From positions 238,417 through 302,416 of the forward strand of contig WARW01000022.1 of NCBI GenBank assembly GCA_013387215.1: DNA of 64,000 nt. The letters are read 5' to 3'. This document shows, one piece after another, positions 58,315-64,000 of the stretch. Position numbers and translations under genes: made by a program. The notes beneath the pieces were generated by a model. That model was not told the origin of the DNA, made no database searches, and saw nothing but the letters and a program-made list of their open reading frames with translations. This DNA comes from Patescibacteria group bacterium (lineage in GTDB: Bacteria; Patescibacteriota; Microgenomatia; UBA12405). How positions within the stretch are numbered: position 1 is the first letter of the stretch; the number at the start of each line of letters is the position of its first letter.

Positions 58315-58770
58315 CTAAAGACTCAGTTCAAAAAATATACTACTGTCTCCATCAATTCGATCGTTTTTAATTTCTTTAGTTTGGATAAAATTTAGTGAAT
58401 TAAAAATTTTTCGTGATCCTAAATTATTGCCCCAAGTTCTAGTTTCTATTGTTTTATAATTATTTAGTTTTGCCCAAGTAATTACAAACTCAACCTGCTT
58501 TTGGCCGTAACCTTTACCTCTGTAATTTTTTAATATAAACATAGGACCGATATCCAGGAAATTGTTTTCAGGATCTAATATTAATGAAATATACCCGATG
58601 ATTTGATTATTAATTTGTGTAGAAAAAAGTTTTAAGATTTTTTTTGCTTCAAATTTTTGACAAAACTTATATGCATCAAAAAAACCATCTTTACGTGTAG
58701 GAAGAAAAAACGAACTAGATGCAACAATCAAATCCTTTATTGAATCTATTTTAATTTCTTCAATTTCCAT
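58315..58770 (-). CDS. GNAT-family N-acetyltransferase
   Basis: RGKGYG acetyl-CoA binding motif in a 151-aa protein. It overlaps the gatB end by 11 nt. Confidence 0.75.
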   Translation of the reverse strand: MEIEEIKIDSIKDLIVASSSFFLPTRKDGFFDAYKFCQKFEAKKILKLFSTQINNQIIGYISLILDPENNFLDIGPMFILKNYRGKGYGQKQVEFVITWAKLNNYKTIETRTWGNNLGSRKIFNSLNFIQTKEIKNDRIDGDSSIFFELSL

Positions 58771-60226
58771 TTAATATTTTTTCCAATATTTCTTTTGCCA
58801 TTTGGGGATTGGCGGAGCCTTTGGATAGGCGCATCAACTGGCCAATTAAAAAGCCAATGGACATCGGATTTTTCTTGTAATCTTCAACGGCTTTTGGATT
58901 GGCAGTAATCACCTCTTGAGCCATTTTTTCGAGCGCGCCAGTGTCAGATACCTGAATTAATCCCTTATCTTTGGCTATTTCGACTGGGTTAGTTCCAGTT
59001 TGATAAGACTCAACAATTACTTGTTTGGCAGCAGAACTTGATATTTCCGATTTCTGAACTGAGTCAAAAAGATTTAAGAAATACTCAGGATTAATTTTGG
59101 ATTGATTTAGTTCCTCTCCTGTTTCATTGAGGTGAGTTTTAATGGCACCTAAGAATAAATTAGCGACAAACTTGGCAAACTCTTTGATTTTATCGTTCCT
59201 ATTTTGAGGAGTAACGACAGTTTCATAAATATCAGCAAAATTTTGATCAGTGGCAATTACAGAAGAATCGTAATCATTTAGACTATAAACCGATTTATAT
59301 TTTTCAATTTTTTGATCTGGAAGTTCGGGAATAGAAATTCTTATTTCTTCAATTTGAGCTGGAGTAAATTCCATATGAGGAATGTCTGGTTCTGGGAAAT
59401 AACGGTAATCAGCTGAACCTTCTTTCTCTCTTTGCAAAAAAGTTTGTGCTTTTTCAGCATTCCAACCACGGGTAGTTTTATTTTTGGAATTTTTTACTTC
59501 ACGGGTTTTTTCAAACTCTTCAGTTTGTCTTTTGATTTCAAATTCAATCGCATTTTGAACGCCAGTTAAAGAGGCCACGTTTTTGATTTCGGCAAGTGGA
59601 GTATAAAAGACTTCTCCATTATCTTCTATTTTTAAGTTAACTGTTGGCTCACAACGCATGCTTCCTTTTTCAATATCTGCATCAGAAATCCCTAAATACC
59701 GGATAATTTGCTGCATCTTCAAAAGGTAGTCTTTAGCCATGGTGGCGGAAGTAATATCCGGTTCAGACACGATTTCAACTAATGGCACACCACAACGGTT
59801 GTAATCAATTAAAGTCAAATCTTGGCCATACTCAGAGATATGAACTGATTTACCAGTGTCTTCTTCCATATGAGCGCGATTAATTCTGACTTCTTGATCC
59901 CCGACTTTAACCTTGCCATTTATTACAAATGGTTTTTCGTATTGAGTTAATTGATAGCCTTTGGCTAAATCTGGATAAAAATAATTTTTGCGTTCAAAGA
60001 AACTAGTCTCATTTGGGGTGCAGCCTAGAGCTAAACCCAATTTAACACACCATTCGCAAGCAGTTATGTTTGGCACTGGAAGGGCACCAGGAAGACCTAG
60101 GCAAACAGGACAAGTGTGAGTATTAGGTTCAACATGAAAATGTTCGGCAGAACAATTACAAAACATTTTTGATTTAGTTTTAAGTTCAACATGAACTTCG
60201 AGACCGATAATTGGTGTTATTTTCAT
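58760..60226 (-). CDS. gatB: Asp-tRNA(Asn)/Glu-tRNA(Gln) amidotransferase subunit B
   Basis: MKITPIIGLEVHVELKT... with GatB conservation. Confidence 0.93.
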   Translation of the reverse strand: MKITPIIGLEVHVELKTKSKMFCNCSAEHFHVEPNTHTCPVCLGLPGALPVPNITACEWCVKLGLALGCTPNETSFFERKNYFYPDLAKGYQLTQYEKPFVINGKVKVGDQEVRINRAHMEEDTGKSVHISEYGQDLTLIDYNRCGVPLVEIVSEPDITSATMAKDYLLKMQQIIRYLGISDADIEKGSMRCEPTVNLKIEDNGEVFYTPLAEIKNVASLTGVQNAIEFEIKRQTEEFEKTREVKNSKNKTTRGWNAEKAQTFLQREKEGSADYRYFPEPDIPHMEFTPAQIEEIRISIPELPDQKIEKYKSVYSLNDYDSSVIATDQNFADIYETVVTPQNRNDKIKEFAKFVANLFLGAIKTHLNETGEELNQSKINPEYFLNLFDSVQKSEISSSAAKQVIVESYQTGTNPVEIAKDKGLIQVSDTGALEKMAQEVITANPKAVEDYKKNPMSIGFLIGQLMRLSKGSANPQMAKEILEKILNGN

Positions 60227-61686
60227 AGCTGTGGCCTTTTTTGATGATAATCAGTAAATTGCTGGAATTGGTGTCCGAGAGAAAATAATTTTTCTTCTTC
60301 AAAGAAATTACCAATAAGCTGGAAACCAATTGGAAGGTTTTGATTGTTGAAACCGCATGGTAGAGCTAAACCTGGTACTCCAGCAACGTTAATACAAACC
60401 GTATAAACATCAGCCAAATACATTTGCAATGGATCGTTGACTTTAGCCCCAATTTTCCAGGCTGGAGTCGGAGAACAGGGAGCCAAAATGACATCGACAT
60501 TTTTGAAAGCTTCAACAAATTCATTTTTAATTAGAGTTCTGACTTTGGCTGCTTTAGTGTAGTAAGCATCATAATAGCCTGAAGATAGGGCATATGTTCC
60601 GATTAAAATGCGGCGTTTAACTTCAGGTTCCATATATTTGCCGCGAGTCTGCATGTAGTATGAAACAATATCAGGTGCACCATCAACACTTTGACCAAAA
60701 CGAATACCGTCATAACGAGCCATGTTGGCAGAAATTTCAGAAGGAATCAAAATATAGTAAACAGCAATTCCAAGATCAGTACTTGGCAAAGAAATATCGA
60801 CCAAAATGGCACCTTGTTTTTCAAATTCCTTGGCAGCATTAAGAACTTTTTCTTTAACTTCAGGATCAATAGAACCAGTAAAATATTCTTTAGGTAAACC
60901 AATTTTCAGACCTTTAATATTTATTTTTTTAAGATTTTCAGTATATTTAGGAACTTCAATATCACAAGTTGTGGCGTCATGAGGATCAAGCCCCGCTGTT
61001 ATTTCAGTGACCAAAGCAATATCCTCAACATCGCGGGCAAAAACACCAGGACAATCAAAAGATGAAGCCATGGCAGTAATACCGTAACGAGAATTGCGAC
61101 CATATGTTGTTTTTATTCCAGAAACTCCGCATAAAGATGAGGGCTGACGGATTGATCCGCCGGTGTCAGTGCCAAGCGCAAAGTGACATAAATCAGCAGC
61201 AACTGCGGCAGCGGAACCACCTGATGAACCACCAGGAACCATTTCTATGTTCCAAGGATTTTTAGTGGTAAAGTAGCCAGAGTTTTCAGTTGAAGCACCA
61301 AAAGCAAATGGATCAGTGTTGGTTTTACCGATAATCATGACATCTTCATCAATTAATTTTTGATAAATACTTGATGAATATTGAGGAATATAACCATTTA
61401 AGACTTGGGAGCTAGAAGTTGTTTGAATGCCTTTAGTTAAGAAAATATCTTTTACAGCCATAACTGCACCAGCTAATTTGCCTAGTTTCTCCCCTTTTTT
61501 GATTTTTTCATCAATTCTTTGAGCTTGGTCTATGATTTCTTTTTCAGTAATTGTAATAAAAGCTTTAATTTTTGGATCAATTTCTTTTGTGCGAGCCAAA
61601 AAATAATTAGCAATTTCAACAGCAGTAATCTGTTTATCCAAAAGCAGATGACGGGTTTGTTTGAATGAAAGGTTTTGAAGATCCAT
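60223..61686 (-). CDS. gatA: Asp-tRNA(Asn)/Glu-tRNA(Gln) amidotransferase subunit A
   Basis: Amidase signature (GGSSGGSAAAVAA) in a 487-aa protein. Confidence 0.93.
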   Translation of the reverse strand: MDLQNLSFKQTRHLLLDKQITAVEIANYFLARTKEIDPKIKAFITITEKEIIDQAQRIDEKIKKGEKLGKLAGAVMAVKDIFLTKGIQTTSSSQVLNGYIPQYSSSIYQKLIDEDVMIIGKTNTDPFAFGASTENSGYFTTKNPWNIEMVPGGSSGGSAAAVAADLCHFALGTDTGGSIRQPSSLCGVSGIKTTYGRNSRYGITAMASSFDCPGVFARDVEDIALVTEITAGLDPHDATTCDIEVPKYTENLKKINIKGLKIGLPKEYFTGSIDPEVKEKVLNAAKEFEKQGAILVDISLPSTDLGIAVYYILIPSEISANMARYDGIRFGQSVDGAPDIVSYYMQTRGKYMEPEVKRRILIGTYALSSGYYDAYYTKAAKVRTLIKNEFVEAFKNVDVILAPCSPTPAWKIGAKVNDPLQMYLADVYTVCINVAGVPGLALPCGFNNQNLPIGFQLIGNFFEEEKLFSLGHQFQQFTDYHQKRPQL

Positions 61687-61688
61687 AG

Positions 61689-61991
61689 TTATTTTTTAAT
61701 TGTTGCCACGACTTCAAAATAACCATCTTTAGTTTTAGTGGCAGTTGATAAAGCGTCTTTTTGAGAAAATGATTCCTTTACCTCGTCTTGATGAAAAACG
61801 TTTTTTTGCTCATTAACTCTAAAGGTAGGCTTGATATTTGTAGTATCAGCTTTATTCAGAATATCTAAGTATTCTAGAACTGATTCTAGTTGAGGCAAAT
61901 AAGTTTTCTTTTCGTCATCTGTCAAATCGATTCTAGCCAATTTGGCAATATGATCCAGTTCTTCTGGGGTAATTTTATTGCTTGCAGACAT
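61689..61991 (-). CDS. gatC: Asp-tRNA(Asn)/Glu-tRNA(Gln) amidotransferase subunit C
   Basis: 100 aa, first gene in the gatCAB order. Confidence 0.85.
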   Translation of the reverse strand: MSASNKITPEELDHIAKLARIDLTDDEKKTYLPQLESVLEYLDILNKADTTNIKPTFRVNEQKNVFHQDEVKESFSQKDALSTATKTKDGYFEVVATIKK

Positions 61992-62181
61992 AGGTGTATT
62001 TTAGAACATAAGCTCAAAAGACTCCACTTTTAGTTTCAAATTGATCCTTTGTAATTGAAATAAAGGTATGGTTATAATGAATACTAGTCTTATTAAAATG
62101 AGTGCTTAAAAAGCTTGAGCATTAGGTTTAATAGTACCTTAAAAAATTTAATTTTATCTGATAAGAAAGGAATATCAGGTT

Positions 62182-62772
62182 ATGGGGAGAGGCACTAAAT
62201 ATCTTATTTTGATGGTGGTGATAGCTTTACTATTCTCACCAATCAAAGTTCTAGCAGAAAATAAAAAAGGAGGTGAAAGCAAAACATTAGTTGAATACTT
62301 GGAATTGAAAACCCCCAATGATTGTGGAAAATTAAATGCCAAAAGATCGGCCGAATTAGTTAATGGTATTGAAATTAATCCTGGCGACACTTTTTCATTT
62401 AATCAAATTGTTGGACAAATCAGCAAAAAACGTGGATTTAGGTGTGGTTTTATAACAATTATTCAAGGAGGAAAGAAAAAAACCTATTATGATGATGGGT
62501 CCAGTATTTGGAGAACGAGCACGGCGATATATCAAGCTGCTTTAGATTTGGGATTGGAAATTACCGAAAGGCATAAAACCTATAAACCTTGTGCATATGC
62601 CAAAATATGCGACAGTGCAGTTGCTGTTTGGGGAGAAGGGCCAGATTCGGATACCTACTTAGACATGAAAATCAAAAATAACAAAGACAAACAAATAAAG
62701 TTTGAAACCTCAGTGGATGATAATGCTCAAATAATAGTAAAGATATTCGAAACTGAATCAGAAAAAAATTGA
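62182..62772 (+). CDS. Secreted VanW-domain protein, paralog 1
   Basis: Signal peptide, NGIEINPGDTFSFNQIVG, TSTAIYQAALDLGLEITERH and AVAVWGEGPDSD. These match VanW blocks PGETFSFN, STTLYNAAL..ERHNHS and GxDATV. Confidence 0.75.
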   Translation: MGRGTKYLILMVVIALLFSPIKVLAENKKGGESKTLVEYLELKTPNDCGKLNAKRSAELVNGIEINPGDTFSFNQIVGQISKKRGFRCGFITIIQGGKKKTYYDDGSSIWRTSTAIYQAALDLGLEITERHKTYKPCAYAKICDSAVAVWGEGPDSDTYLDMKIKNNKDKQIKFETSVDDNAQIIVKIFETESEKN

Positions 62773-62895
62773 ATTTTATCAAAAGGGTATTTTGTCGACT
62801 TAATTATCAAGTCTACTTAATGCCCTTTATTTTTTCCCTAAATTTACATCTTGTGTATTGTGGCGTATAATCTCGCCTGTATTAAACATGAAAGG

Positions 62896-62912
62896 AGCGT
62901 TTGCAGCAAACG
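62896..62912 (+). promoter_or_regulatory. Perfect 7-1-7 palindrome CGTTTGCAGCAAACG in the 5' UTR of VanW paralog 2
   Basis: Seen directly. It lies between a candidate promoter (TTACAT-16-TATAAT, about 62845-62872) and the SD GGGGAG. Confidence 0.4.
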
Positions 62913-62939
62913 AAAACCTGTACATTAAAATCAAATTAG

Positions 62940-63551
62940 TTGAAGTCGAAAGGGGAGTTTTGTATGAAAAAACCTTTGGTTCTGCTGATTATTTTTACAT
63001 TCAGTCTGATTTTTAGTTTTTCAGTGGTTTTGGCTGAAGACAAGAAATATACGAACGAACTTGTTTTTACCCATACCCTGCAATTATCAAAAAGCATTAA
63101 TAATGTTAATGCCGCAAAAGCTGCAGAATATGTAAATGGTTATATATTGGAACCAGGTGCAATCTTTTCCTATAATTTGGTTGTTGGAAAAAGAACTTGG
63201 GCAAGAGGCTTTAGATATGGATATATGCCGATTACCGATAAAAAGGGCCACATAATAAAAGAGATTAAAGTTGTTGGTTCAGGAGTATGTCGATTTTCTA
63301 CTGCCATGTTTCAAGCTGCGAGAGCATTTGATTTAGAAATCATTGAAAATCATTCTCATAGTTTTGGAGTTGATTATGCCAAGAAGGGCGATGATGCCAC
63401 AGTTAATTGGGGAAATGGCCCAGGGTCAAAAGGATGGCTGGATAATGTTTTTAAAAACACCAAAGATTATTCAATTCTGATCAAATGTTCAGTTAACAAA
63501 AAAAATCTTGTAACAGTTCAGTTCTACAAGATAAATGAATCAGAAAAATAA
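62940..63551 (+). CDS. Secreted VanW-domain protein, paralog 2
   Basis: Signal peptide, NGYILEPGAIFSYNLVVG, GVCRFSTAMFQAARAFDLEIIENHSHS and GDDATVNWG. Confidence 0.75.
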   Translation: MKSKGEFCMKKPLVLLIIFTFSLIFSFSVVLAEDKKYTNELVFTHTLQLSKSINNVNAAKAAEYVNGYILEPGAIFSYNLVVGKRTWARGFRYGYMPITDKKGHIIKEIKVVGSGVCRFSTAMFQAARAFDLEIIENHSHSFGVDYAKKGDDATVNWGNGPGSKGWLDNVFKNTKDYSILIKCSVNKKNLVTVQFYKINESEK

Positions 63552-63553
63552 TT

Positions 63554-63736
63554 ATGAAAGGTGGTTTTATTATGGAAAACAAGATTCCTTATGATTACAT
63601 GAGAGGAAATATTTCAAGTTATGGTGAATTAAGCGAAGAAACCGCAGGATCAATTTCTCCAAGTTCTTCCGAGACTAATGATGATGACAGAAATAAAGAT
63701 TTTTACCATGACCGTTATACTGGCGGCTGCTGGTAA
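63554..63736 (+). CDS. Small acidic Ser-rich peptide (60 aa) directly downstream of the VanW pair
   Basis: Its ATG follows the VanW stop codon with a 2-nt gap. It ends ...YTGGCW. Confidence 0.3.
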   Translation: MKGGFIMENKIPYDYMRGNISSYGELSEETAGSISPSSSETNDDDRNKDFYHDRYTGGCW

Positions 63737-63781
63737 TATCTTTTTAGCACTTAGGGTGTTTTATTAACTTTTTTAAAGTTT

Positions 63782-63982
63782 TTAAGACGCCCTTTTTTTA
63801 TTTAATGATACTAATTCTCTAAATGCACCTATTGCCGAACCTTCAGGAATTGATAGCGTTTCTTTAATTTTTTTATGGCCGTCTGAGGTTGGTGGAAAAA
63901 AGCGTGAAGCTACTATTGGATCATGTTTATATTCTTTCCCCACTCTCCAATTTGTTTTTTGACAATATTCTTCAACTGTCAT
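63782..63982 (-). CDS. Hypothetical protein that may extend upstream beyond the window end
   Basis: 66-aa ORF. The frame stays open upstream of the ATG to the window end. Confidence 0.35.
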   Translation of the reverse strand: MTVEEYCQKTNWRVGKEYKHDPIVASRFFPPTSDGHKKIKETLSIPEGSAIGAFRELVSLNKKRAS

Positions 63983-64000
63983 GTTGTTGGTTGCTAGAGC

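Noticed and set aside
1-64000. Strong minus-strand gene bias as a sign of mis-assembly or inversion
   Set aside because: Co-orientation with replication over tens of kb is normal in compact genomes of Gram-positive type. I see no breakpoints.

Overview
This 64 kb window is a compact, AT-rich (roughly mid-30s % GC) bacterial chromosome segment read with the standard genetic code (TGA is a stop). More than 90% of genes lie on the minus strand. Short aminoacyl-tRNA synthetases, an N-terminally truncated IF-2, a sortase, LytR_C-like domains and many small hypothetical proteins suggest a reduced-genome lineage of Gram-positive type, possibly CPR/Patescibacteria-like. That placement is inference from the sequence alone.

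Core content, all on the minus strand:
- rpsG-rpsL-rpoC-rpoB, then ruvX, mltG, a truncated alaS and ftsK.
- proS preceded by a probable T-box leader, then rnj and pnp-rpsO.
- infB-nusA, then the hrcA-grpE-dnaK-dnaJ operon, with a CIRCE operator fused to its promoter and dnaJ broken at an A9 tract.
- rmuC, dut, a UvrD-type helicase-nuclease fusion, and gatCAB.

Accessory content:
1. An island of about 3.7 kb (11.5-15.2 kb) sits between a MiaB-like gene and mltG. It holds two GC-richer cassette-like units, each bounded by related bipartite inverted repeats, plus a solo repeat copy. It also holds a divergent gene pair: an SPL-like radical-SAM protein with an atypical Cx3Cx3C motif, and a methyltransferase-like partner that resembles the TcmP family. 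This is the best candidate for an undescribed system.
2. Two arrays of small, independently transcribed hypothetical genes (45.4-48.2 kb and 55.1-58.3 kb). The second has reiterated TTGACW-N16-TAAAAT promoters, hairpin terminators and clear paralogs.
3. Two tandem secreted VanW-domain paralogs followed by a 60-aa peptide.

I found no rRNA, tRNA, CRISPR array or transposase.
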